Source: Pavona decussata
Taxonomy: Eukaryota
Length of the DNA: 64,000 nucleotides
NCBI GenBank assembly: GCA_977016875.1
Contig: CDRNST010000090.1
Coordinates: 2,108,001-2,172,000, forward strand
Direction: 5' to 3'
Shown here piece after piece: positions 25,062 through 36,084 of the stretch. Position 1 is the stretch's first letter; each line of letters opens with the position of its first letter. The notes beneath the pieces were generated by a model, which was not told where the DNA came from, ran no database searches, and worked only from the letters and a program-made list of their open reading frames with translations. The position numbers were made by a program, and so were the translations under genes.

Positions 25062-26601
25062 CTTTCAGATCTAAAACTTTGAACATTGGGCTGAATTTAA
25101 AGAGTTATGTTTACAGGTTCGCCTTATGATTGACTCCGTCAATCAGGGGGAGTGTGTTGGAAACGAGTAGGGACTGGAACTAGTCAAATTCGCACGTGAT
25201 CATTTGTAATCAGATTTCTCGGAAAGATTCAGTCTTGTTTTGAGTGTGACTCTCGAAGGAACTCTGGAACTATTACTTCTAAATGTAGCGGAATTTATCT
25301 TGCACGTCGGGAATAGCGGAATTCTCTCTCAAGGAATGTTATCATGTAATCTTCGAGTTTATCAAGTATTAAAGAGTTTGGTCAAATACAACATTGAGAT
25401 CACAAAAGCTTGACCCACAACTGATAAGAAGCCGATGACAGGATCCTTCGGGATACTCTTACGACTAAAAAACTGACCTTTAAAGGTTTAACTAAAAAGG
25501 AAAACAATTCACATCGCTTTAATGTTACGACTTGTTGTATTCATATCATTATAAATCCCTATATAGCACACCCAACTACTTTAACATATGCGATTTTATT
25601 AGTGTTTCAGTGCACTGAAAGTGGTCAAAAGTGTGAAGGTTGTAGTTGAGGTGCTGACATGTAAAAATGACAAAATAAGATCTATCGTGATTTTTCATGT
25701 TCTTGCATCACTGGGCACGTATGCAAATAATCGATAAAACACTTCCAAGGAACTCGGCCGAGTGCACTGTGGAAAAGAGAGTTTATAATAGATGAAGGAA
25801 ATTTTACTTTTTGTAAATAAATAGTTGATTGTAAAACCGAAAACTGGAGCTCAAATAAATACGTGCGTATTTTTTTTTGAGGGGGGTCTTTGTTTACAAA
25901 GTAATCAATCGTCCAAATCGGTGACAATGAAACAACTGAATTATGACGCACGGTTTTCTGACAACAAAGATTCAAAGATCATGAATTGTGGATAAAATAT
26001 AATTTATTCGTAGTTTCATTCCTTTATGCTTTACAAACTGGTAATTGAGTGCAAACATAATATACTTGAGTCCAGGATGTAAACCCATGTTTAGTTATAC
26101 AACGAAAAACAAGATGCTACAAATTTTACAATGCAGAAAGAAAATAAAATCATTTAGGTAAAAAGGTATTTGTTATCATTCGTTATATGTTTGTTATTGT
26201 TAAGCTACCTCTGAAACAACTTAACCGCTCTAATGTAAGTTTCTTATTCAGTGTTATTTGGGTTCTGCTTTGGTAACTCCTCTCTAAGTACGAAAGCAAC
26301 TGAATCGCAGGAAATACAATCTTCACTCGTAAGAAGGTTTTCTTGTTTTAATGTGGTCACGCTTTAGTTTACAAAGTAAAACATCATCCAAATGGGCATT
26401 GAAATCAATTAACTCCTGCCATCCGAGGTTTTGTAACAACAAAGATTGTGGAAACATACACTCTAACGTGATGTTGATTAAAAAAGTTTACCTCAGGGAG
26501 CATCTATCTGCCGATGTGTATCGGGATCTGAATATATGAAACTGCATTATTAATCGATAACTAACCAGACGATATATAGTACAAAATGTAATATCTGATC
26601 T

Positions 26602-28845
26602 CTATTCAAATATCTGAATGCGGTGGTTTAAGTTATCACAAACAACAATCCTACCATCAGTGAGGACTGCAGTAGAATTTGGCCCATTAAACTTTCCAAT
26701 CTCTCTTCCGTTTTCTCCAAATTTTGTTACAAACTTTCCACTCAGATCAAAGACCTGAATTCTGCTGTTATAATAATCACAGATTATCAGATTTCCTGCC
26801 TTGTCAACTGACAAGCAGCCCGGACTATTAAATTCCCCGTCTCCCGTTCCCCTGTTTCCAAATTTATATAAAATGTCGCCCTTGTCATTAAACACTTTAA
26901 TACAATCATCACCCTCGTCTGATACTATCAGATATTTGTCCTTCCGTATACAGTGAAAGGGGTTGATTAACGAGCCCTCTCCACCAAATTTACGTAACAA
27001 CTGACCGCTGGGAGAAAAGATCTTAATTAGCGTGTGATTTGAATCAGCAACAATAATGTTACCATCATTATCGACAGATAAACCGCAGGGATATTCAAGG
27101 TGGTGATCAAGATTTCCCTCGCCACCAAACTGACTGAGGTATTCCCCCTGTCCATTGAACATTTGCACTCGACAGTTTAAGAAATCAGTGACTGCAATAT
27201 TTTCATTTGTGCAAAAATCTATTCCACAAGGACCATAAAGTTCCCCATCTACATCACCCTTCCTACCAAAAGATCCTAGGTAAGTTCCATCAATACTAAA
27301 TACCTGAACCCTATTGTTTTCTTTATCAGTCACAGCAATTTCGTTACGTTCATTCACTGTCACTCCCCAAGGTTCATTAAACATTCCAACAGACGAACCT
27401 TCTCGCCCAAAAGATAACACAGGTCTGTATTGTCTGGTTTTGATTTGAACAGTGAAAGGACTGTCACGAACATGTTTTCCATTTACCATCACTGATGCTT
27501 GGCATGTTCCAGTTTCTTTGGCAAAATAGCTGATATTGTAGGTGCCATCTTTGTTATCCTGTACATTCACTTCTGTGGTACAGTCATGGCCCTTATCATT
27601 TCTTATTTCCATTGTTACGCTGTCAAATTCTTCGTAACATTGTTCCTCCTCAGTGTTTCGTGTTGTTAAAACAAGCTGTGCTTCAAGACCAACAGTTGCT
27701 TCGCTGATTCCTTTTCCTTCGGCACTTGACTGATGCGCCTCAGTTGTGCTAGTGAATGTTCTAAGTGACCCGATCCCTTCTAAGTTTGTTTTGTCCATTC
27801 CTTCTTTGTTTCCCACGAAAATAAGGCGATCCAGATGTTCAAAATCCCACTCAACATCTTCTCGAGCATTACTTAGGTTGCTTTTCAGAGAGACAGCGTC
27901 TAATTGTACAATTTCAGCGTTGGGGCTGCAATGAAGAACCCTTTCAGTTTTTTCGATCGCTGTCTCAATCCGCTGTAATTCATGTTCTATCTCGCTTTGT
28001 TTTATCTTCAGACGCTCAAGTGATTCGTTCGCATTGTCATCCATTTCTCGAAAGATGTCTTCTTTCTTTGCTTCGATGACTTCCATCATGTTGTCAGCAA
28101 AACTCTGTACGTTTCTCTTGACCCTAGCGACATGTGCATGAATTTTAGTTCGTTCATTTTGAAGTTTAATGATTATATTTCTTTTCTGAAGCGCTTCTTG
28201 TTTCTGAGATTCAATCACAGATTTCACGTATAATTTTCGTTCATTGGCAGCTTCGTCAAGAAGAACCTTCGCGTGGCCTTCGTGCAATGTCACAACACAA
28301 GTGTTGCAAATAGGAACTTTACAATCCTTGCAAAAAAATTTCAGTTCTTCTTTCTCATGAAGTTTCTTCTGGCAAAATGCTGGTCGCTTTATCACATCTT
28401 CAATGTCTTCAGCTTGAAAGTCTTTAAGAGCCAGCACGCGGTGACCTTTGTTTGCTCGGATTATGTTGTGCCCCAAAATGCAGTCCTCGCACCAAAACAC
28501 AGAACACTGAAAACAGTAAAAACACTGCGCGCTTCTTTTGTCGCAGTTTCCACATTTTACGCCGGTAGAGTTACATTCTTGAATGGCCAACACATCCAAT
28601 AAGCTGTTCAATCGAAAGTTGGTGGGCAACTGGTCAGGAGTTCCCCTCCCAGCGATTCTGAATTGCCCACGACATTCAGGGCAGATAATCTGTCCAACTC
28701 TGCCGCTTGTTCGTTGAAGCTCGTTCAAACAATGAAGGCAAAAGCTGTGTAAACAAGGCAGACTTTTTGGATCAGTGATCGTGCTCATACACACAGAACA
28801 AGATACCTCTTCGTGAAGATTGCGAAATAAGGTTTTCAGATCCAT
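26602..28845 (-). CDS. TRIM-NHL E3 ubiquitin ligase copy 3 (most divergent paralogue); intronless
   Basis: Same architecture as copy 2. Start placed at the ATG of MDLKTLF (28845) by homology, giving 747 aa. Confidence 0.95.
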   Translation of the reverse strand: MDLKTLFRNLHEEVSCSVCMSTITDPKSLPCLHSFCLHCLNELQRTSGRVGQIICPECRGQFRIAGRGTPDQLPTNFRLNSLLDVLAIQECNSTGVKCGNCDKRSAQCFYCFQCSVFWCEDCILGHNIIRANKGHRVLALKDFQAEDIEDVIKRPAFCQKKLHEKEELKFFCKDCKVPICNTCVVTLHEGHAKVLLDEAANERKLYVKSVIESQKQEALQKRNIIIKLQNERTKIHAHVARVKRNVQSFADNMMEVIEAKKEDIFREMDDNANESLERLKIKQSEIEHELQRIETAIEKTERVLHCSPNAEIVQLDAVSLKSNLSNAREDVEWDFEHLDRLIFVGNKEGMDKTNLEGIGSLRTFTSTTEAHQSSAEGKGISEATVGLEAQLVLTTRNTEEEQCYEEFDSVTMEIRNDKGHDCTTEVNVQDNKDGTYNISYFAKETGTCQASVMVNGKHVRDSPFTVQIKTRQYRPVLSFGREGSSVGMFNEPWGVTVNERNEIAVTDKENNRVQVFSIDGTYLGSFGRKGDVDGELYGPCGIDFCTNENIAVTDFLNCRVQMFNGQGEYLSQFGGEGNLDHHLEYPCGLSVDNDGNIIVADSNHTLIKIFSPSGQLLRKFGGEGSLINPFHCIRKDKYLIVSDEGDDCIKVFNDKGDILYKFGNRGTGDGEFNSPGCLSVDKAGNLIICDYYNSRIQVFDLSGKFVTKFGENGREIGKFNGPNSTAVLTDGRIVVCDNLNHRIQIFE

Positions 28846-29357
28846 GGCTGGAAGCGTCGCAAGACAACGAAGGTTCAATTGGATATAAAACCCATTCAGC
28901 CATGGAACCTTGTGACATTTCTAAAATACTGACCAATCACGAAGTGTAGTTTTGACTTATTTTGACAAGTCTGGATTCTACGAATGATTCCAAAAATATT
29001 CAAGATTTCTAAGAATTGAGATCACAAAAGCCCACAACTGATAAGAAGCCGGCAGGATCCTTCTGGATAATCTTACGACTAAATAACTGACCTTTAAAGA
29101 TTTGATTAAAAAGGAAAATAGTACATACCGCTTTTTGAAGCGATATATAAACATCACGGTCCTGTTGTGTTCATATTATTATAAATCCCTACATAGAAGA
29201 CCATAGAACACCCAACTAATTTTACATACGCGATTTATTAGTGTTTCAGTGCACTGAAAGTGTTCAAAAGTGTGAAGGTTGCAGTGGAAGTGATTTAAAA
29301 TGATAAAACATAATCCATCGTAATGTTTTATGTTCTTGGATCACTGCATAGGTAGGC

Positions 29358-29552
29358 TTTACAGTGCGACTACTGTTACCGGGGTCACTTAAACAAAACT
29401 GGCCAATCAGATTGCAGGACAAGAACAATAAATTTCAACCAAAGCCGATTGAACCAATCACAAGTAGAATTTGAATTATTCACCGTTTGTATCATAATGT
29501 GATCTGATTGGCCAATTTTAAGTGACCCCGGTAATAGTAGTCGCACTGTAAA
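29358..29552. mobile_element. MITE with long TIRs
   Basis: tttacagtgcgactactgttaccggggtcacttaaa ... tttaagtgaccccggtaatagtagtcgcactgtaaa. Confidence 0.75.
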
Positions 29553-31079
29553 CAGGGGTTTATCTAAAACATGGAGTGGAATCCTGAATTCGGAAATCAG
29601 AAAAGACTTCTCATCTCAGTTTGGCATCATTTTATTTTTTTTATTTTTTTATTCTTGTTCAAATAGAGGACAATATTTTAAACCGAATGTTTCTGCAAAT
29701 AATCTTGCTCTTTTCAGAGGTCATTGTGTGTCGCCAATATCCCTTGACAAATCCGTTTTAAAATGGTATGAAAAATTTGGCGTTGCGTTCTGTTGGGATT
29801 AGCACGATCTTGTATACGGAGGAGGGGTGAGGAGAGGCCATCTCGGCTCGGGTAGGAGAGTCAAACTGTTCATATGAAGAAAAGTTGTCGAGGCGAGAAC
29901 CAGTCCAAATAGTGTGAAATGGAGCGAGAGGCCTGGATGTGACAGACTCAGGTCTTACAGGGTTCCAACGTAAACTTTAATTATAAACACAACGGACTAC
30001 GAAGACAGCTTTTTTTTCACAACTCGCTCTCTAAAACCGGAAAGCATGGACATGTTCAGTGAAGCATGACATAGTGACGTCATTGTCACGCAACCGGAAG
30101 TCATGACAACTTTGTCACCCATTCTTCTTCTTCTCTAGATAAAAATGGCACTGTTTTTTCAACACATACATCCTAACAAGGTCTATAAAAGCCTATCTGC
30201 GATAACTAGTAGCAAAAACAGATACAAAAAGGGACGTAGTTCAATGTCCGCTTAGTTTCGTGTAGAATCAAATCAATACCAACAAAATTCCAAAGGTGTT
30301 TGTGAAATAAAGTTCCTGATGACGAAAACACGACTCTAGTTCTCAAGTTCCACAGTCATACACATCCGTGTCTGAAGGCTCTGGACAGAGCGTCCGCATT
30401 CACATTCTCCTTGTCCGGCTTGTGCTGCACCGTGTACTGGTAACTTTGCAAAGTTAAGCTCCACCTTTTCATTGTTGTCCTTCATCCTGTCCAACACTAT
30501 AAAGCATGGAGTTCTGACTGGACAGTAAACTCTTGGCCATAGAGGTAAACGTGAAGGGACTGGATGGCCCGAACAATTGCTAAGCACTCTTTCTCTGCTG
30601 TAGCATAGTTCTGCTCTCGTGGCAACAATTTTCTGCTCTTGCTGGTCTCCTCCCAACTGGCTTAACACGGCGCCAATACCTCGCTCTGATGCGTCTGTCT
30701 GGATAATAAAAGGCTGATTGAAGTTAGGGCTTGCCAGCACTGGTGGAACACAGAGGTACTCCTTCAAACAGTGGAATGCTTCTTCACACTCTGGTCTCCA
30801 GTTCACTACTTGTGGGCAACATTTCTTCGTCAAATCTGACAAAGTTGCTGCAATGGAGGCATAACTTGGGATAAACTTGCGGTAGTAACCAATGAGCCCT
30901 AAGAATGGGGGGGACTGGGGAAGACCGCCATGGCGCGCGGACGTGTTCTCTGAAGTTCTACACAGAATGGATTTTTTCTCAGCTAAATGAGTAAGTCTGG
31001 CAGCACTTCTGGATCAAGAAATCGACTAACAAGCTTGTGAAAGCTTTCCTTACGATAGAAGCAGTATTTCTGTACTCTT

Positions 31080-31943
31080 ATGGGCAGAAAGCGTCCGAAG
31101 CAAGGATCGAGTTCATCCGTAGATGAAGATGACATGGCCGCCTCGAAGTTTAAATCGCTACAGAACTCTATAGATGGTTTAAACAAAGTGGTGACGGACG
31201 GCTTTGCGAACATCCATACTGATATAGACAACCTCCGCTTCGAATTCAAGACTGAAATTGAGGGAATTAAATCTACTATTAAAGATATCGAAAGAGGTTT
31301 GGAGACCACGCAAGAAGATGTCGAAAGCGTAAAGGAGGACGTGAAGAAGGTTGCTGAGGATTTTTTGGAGAGTACTAACACCTTGAGCGGAAAAATTGTC
31401 AAACTCGAGCAGCTCTCAAAGAGCCCTGAAGTCACTGAAGCCTTGAACGCAAAAATTGTGAAACTTGAAACCCAGCTCAAGCAGCAGGAAGAGGAAAATA
31501 TCAGACTCGAACAGTACACGAGAAGAGAAAATCTTCGCTTCAACAACATATCGGAAATAGAGGATGAGGACTGTAAATCAGTTATTCAAGATATAATTCA
31601 GCAAATGGGGATTGACTCATCTACAATTCGATACCATGCTGTGCATAGAGTTGGAAGAAGATTGGAAGGAAGACACAGACCTATTATAGTACGTTTTGTA
31701 AGTCGTGAAGACAGAGAGCTTGTATGGTCCAAACGAGGTAAGATTAAACAATTACATCAGTTCAAAGATGCCTACATAACGGAGGATTACGCCCGGGCGA
31801 TCCAAAAAGAGAGACAAATCTTAATTAAAGCTATGATGAAGGCCCGAAATGATGGAATGGATAACGTAAAGGTAGTAGGCAGATTTCTGGCGGTGAACGG
31901 AGAGAGATTTGATTGCAAATCGATCCCGGACAATTTAATGTGA
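31080..31943 (+). CDS. LINE ORF1 protein (coiled coil + RRM-like + CTD)
   Basis: 287 aa; long heptad region, then RRENLRF, HRVG, RPIIVRF, ITEDY, typical of L1/Tx1 ORF1. Confidence 0.85.
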   Translation: MGRKRPKQGSSSSVDEDDMAASKFKSLQNSIDGLNKVVTDGFANIHTDIDNLRFEFKTEIEGIKSTIKDIERGLETTQEDVESVKEDVKKVAEDFLESTNTLSGKIVKLEQLSKSPEVTEALNAKIVKLETQLKQQEEENIRLEQYTRRENLRFNNISEIEDEDCKSVIQDIIQQMGIDSSTIRYHAVHRVGRRLEGRHRPIIVRFVSREDRELVWSKRGKIKQLHQFKDAYITEDYARAIQKERQILIKAMMKARNDGMDNVKVVGRFLAVNGERFDCKSIPDNLM

Positions 31944-32376
31944 CTTTAGCTTTAGTTTTAGTAAAAATGTCTTGAAGGTTTTCAGTCTTCAAACATATTT
32001 GATGAGTACGGTAACACAAATGCTGCTCAGGAGGTTTTATCTGAATATTTATCCTTTAGACTGCCTCCGAAGTCTCAAATTTAGTTCCATATTATGTCGT
32101 ACAAAACTCTACACATTTACTTGTGTAATTAAAATTTCCCAGTTGTATGAGAAAAAATCCCTTTGTGGATGTTTTGAACACCTACAAAACCTCAGGGGAA
32201 AACGGCCCACTAATTGAACATTTTAATTGTAATGTTAGTATGTTGTGCTGGGGTTCTTCTGCGTATATATTTAAATCTTTGTTTGTTTCATGTGTATTAA
32301 TTCCAACCTTCCCTAGCTACCTTTTTCCGCTCCGTGGCTGCGCGATTTGCAATGGGCAATATCAACTCAATTATAA

Positions 32377-35300
32377 ATGAGTCTCAGTATCTGTTGTCTT
32401 AATGTGAGACGACTAGGTGACAATTTGAAAAGAAGAGAGCTCTTCAACTGGCTTAGAATGCAAAAACACTCAATCTACATGCTGCAAGAAGTTCATTGCT
32501 CTGAAGGCACAAATTCCATGTGGACCGCAGAATGGGGATATAGGACAATTTTTAGTGGGCAAGATAGCAGTAAGTGTGGGGTTGCCATTTTGTTTAACAA
32601 CACCTTTAGCTTTGAAATCCGAAAATTTTTCTCTGACCCAAATGGTAGATTTATTATTTGCGACATTGAAACAGAACAGAAATGTGTTACTTTGGCCACA
32701 TTGTACGCGCCTAATGTTGATGACCCAAGTTTTTTTGAGCTTTTCTTTGATCATTTACACGACTTTGGGTGTGACGAAATCATTATAGGTGGAGATTTTA
32801 ATCTTGTTTTGAACATAGAAATGGACAAGAAAGGCGGACTTGCTAGGACACACCTTAAGTCCCAAGTGACTGTTAAAGACCGCGCTGCCCAATTTGACTT
32901 AGTAGACGCGTGGAGAACAATAAACCCGGATAGCCGCAAATACACTTGGCGTCGAAGAAAGCCTGAAACCTTATGCCGCCTAGATTTTTTCCTCGTAAGC
33001 CAGTGTCTTATGTGTAGTGTTACGAGCGCAAATATCTCAGCTGGTTATAAAACAGATCACTCTCTTATTGACATTAAAATAGCCCTTCACTCGAACCTTA
33101 GAGGTCCAGGTTACTGGAAGCTTAACACCTCTTTTTTAACTGACATCGATTATATTACTCAGATCAGAAGTGTTATTAAGAAAACCCATGAAGAATATCA
33201 AGATGATGATACCGTAAGCAAAGGCTTGCTATGGGAGATGATGAAACTTAAGATAAGAGAGCAGTCAATAAAGTACGCGACGGCTAAAAAAGTAAAAATG
33301 TCTAAACGTGAAGGAGAACTTGAGAAAGAAATTAATTTTTTGCAAAATTTTATAGAATCTAATGAAATAAACCCAAACGAAAAAACAAAGATCTCTGGCA
33401 CTCTCGAGGCCAAGAAACGGGAACTGGAAAAGATTATTGAGTATCGCACCAAAGGGTCAATTTTAAGAGCTAGATGCAGATGGTATAACGAGGGGGAAAA
33501 AATACGAAGTATTTCCTAAACTTGGAAAAACGACATTTTAAGCAAAGCGCCATCACCCAGCTAAAAGTAGACGATCAGAACTTCGTTATAACTGATAAAG
33601 AAATTTTAAATCAATGTGAAGCCTTTTACAGAAACCTTTATAGTTCAAAGATTGACTCCCCTAATGAAAAGTATGATCATATTTTCTTTGAGGCATCTAC
33701 AAAGAAGCTAAATCAACTAGAACAGGACAGCTGTGAGGGTCTTTTGACGAAAACGGAATGCCTAAAGGCATTAAAAGAAATGGATTCCAATAAAACACCG
33801 GGCTCAGACGGGTTACCTGCTGAATTTTATAAAATGTTTTGGAATGATGTTGCCGACTTTCTTCTTGGCTCAATCAATTATGCTTATCAAACAGGGCAGT
33901 TATCCGTATCCCAGAAGCGTGGGATCATTAAACTTATTCCGAAAAAAGATACGGAGCCGTACCTCGTTAAAAACTGGCGTCCAGTATCTCTGCTAAATTG
34001 TGACTACAAAATAGCCACTAAAGCTGTCGCTAATCGCCTCAAACTAGTTCTTTCTAAACTCATTGATAACGATCAGACCGGCTTCCTAAAAGGTAGATTT
34101 ATCGGAGAGAACATTAGACTTATTGATAGTGTCATCAACTTTACAGCTGCTAAAAACATTCCCGGGCTTCTAGTTTTCCTTGATTTTGAGAAAGCCTTTG
34201 ATACAATTGAGTGGCCTTTTATACATAAGACCTTTGACCACTTTAATTTTGGCTCATCCACTCTAAGATGGATTAAGCTCTTTTACCATGACATAGAAAG
34301 CTGTATCTTGAACAATGGCTCGTCTAGTAATCTTTTCAAGCTAGAAAGAGGGGTTCGGCAAGGCTGCCCGCTGTCACCTTACTTGTTCATTCTAGGCGCA
34401 GAAGTTCTTGCTGACGCAATAAGGAAACACAATAATATTAAAGGCATATTAGTTGATGGACAGGAAATAAAAATCAGTCTATATGCAGACGATACAACTC
34501 TTATTTTAGATGGATCTAGGGCATCCTTCCAAAATTCACTGCAGATTTTAGAGTTTTTTTAGAGCGATATCCGGCCTCCAACTAAATTATAAAAAGACAG
34601 AAGTGCTGTGGATTGGCGCCAATGCAGGAAGCGAAGAAAAAACTGTGCCCCGAGCACGATTTAAGGTGGATGAGAGATAAGGTAAAAACTCTAGGGGTAT
34701 GGCTCTCAACAGACCCAGGAATAATGTTGAAAGTTAACTACGAGGAAAAAATAACAAAACTTAAGGCAAGCTTGGGCTGCTGGGAATTGCGTAGATTAAG
34801 TCTGCTGGGAAAAATTTCTGTATTAAAAAGCTTAATTGTCTCTCAACTCACGTATAATTTGTCACCTTTGCCAACAAGCCAGTGTGCTATTGGTGAAGTC
34901 AACACCCTATTCTTTAAGTTTTTGTGGGATGGCAAAGGCGACAAGATTAAGCGTGATATAATGATAAGTGATTATGAAGATGGAGGTTTAAAGATGATTG
35001 ATATAAGGCTCTTTACTCAAGCTTTGAAACTTAGTTGGGTGAAAAAATACCTTGACAAAGGAAATGAGGCAAAATGGAAGCTTTTCTTCAATGTACAATT
35101 AACAGACTTAGGCGGAGACATTATTTCAAAGGTAATCTCCACTAGAAGGATATATTAACTTACTTTAAGGTATCGGATGTTTTCTTGGAAGAAATTTTGC
35201 AAATTTGGTCAAATGTTATCTACGAAGATAACATTTGCTCAAAGAAACAGTTACTGTCACAGAGTCTCTGGCTAAATTCTCTTATTCGTGTTAATAATAA

Positions 35301-36084
35301 ACCAATACACTATTTATTATGGTCTTCTCAAGGAATACAGAATATCGGTCATTTGATGGAAAATGAGACCAGATTTTTATCTTTCTCTGAATTCAAAGAA
35401 CGTTTTCACATCAAGATAAATTTTCTGACTTTCTATGGAGTGATATCAGCTGTAAAACATCTGGTTATAACCTTTAAAAATAACGCCTCTCAGGAAAGCA
35501 TCAACTACGAAAGTTTTCTTGATAAGTTTCTAAAGGCCAAAAATACAAATAAGATAGTACACAGAAAACTTATAGAAAAGAAACGAAAGCAGCCCGTGAA
35601 TAGGCAAACGAAATGGTCGGGAGACTGCATGATAGAAAAAAATGAACCTATTGACTGGAAGACTGCTTATGGGCTGCCCTTTGAATGTACCAAAATCTCA
35701 AAACTTCGCGTTTTCTAATTTAAACTGCTACACAGGAGATTCGCCACTAATGATTTCTTAAAAAAAATAAAGCTAAGGGATAACGATCTTTGCAATTTCT
35801 GCCAAATTGAAGAGGAAACTCTCATCCATCTTTTCTGGAACTGTACGGTAACGTCCGGTTTCTGGCATAATTTTAGGCATTGGCTGCTCAGAAACGAATC
35901 TTCTGTGCGTTCTCTTGAGCTAACCCCTTCCTTGGTCATAGGCTTAAAGACCCACCCACTATTTTGCAAAAATTTTTACTTTTTATTCTTAGTCGCAAGA
36001 CTCTATATCTGGACTTGTAGAATACAAATGACTCATCCTACAATTGACACGTTCCCCCTTTTCCTCTCACATTACAATCTTTAA
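32377..36084 (+). pseudogene. LINE ORF2 (APE endonuclease, RT, C-terminal CCHC) with three frameshifts and one stop
   Basis: LQEVH, GGDFN, RLDFF, TDH; PGSDG, WRPVSLLN, LDFEKAFD, GVRQGCPLSP, YADD; CNFCQIEEETLIHLFWNC. Frameshifts at ~33500, ~34560, ~35125; TAA at 35716-35718. Confidence 0.9.

Larger units (their letters stand above)
19976..25393 (+). mobile_element. BEL/Pao LTR retrotransposon 2 (internal deletion and frameshifts)
   Basis: LTRs 19976-20210 and 25155-25393 (TG...CA; 3 substitutions and one 4-bp indel seen). TSD ttgag at 19971-19975 and 25394-25398. Empty sites at ~537, ~29016, ~49262. PPT near 25145-25152. Confidence 0.95.

Noticed and set aside
28846-28878. N-terminal extension MNLRCLATLPA on TRIM copy 3
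   Set aside because: It starts at a non-ATG codon in the ORF track. All paralogues start at MD(L/P).
7183-36084. Diversity-generating retroelement or other RT-driven diversification of the NHL loops
   Set aside because: All RTs here are ordinary BEL, Gypsy or L1 enzymes with their own LTRs/TSDs. There is no template/variable repeat pair, and I saw no adenine-restricted pattern in the loop changes.
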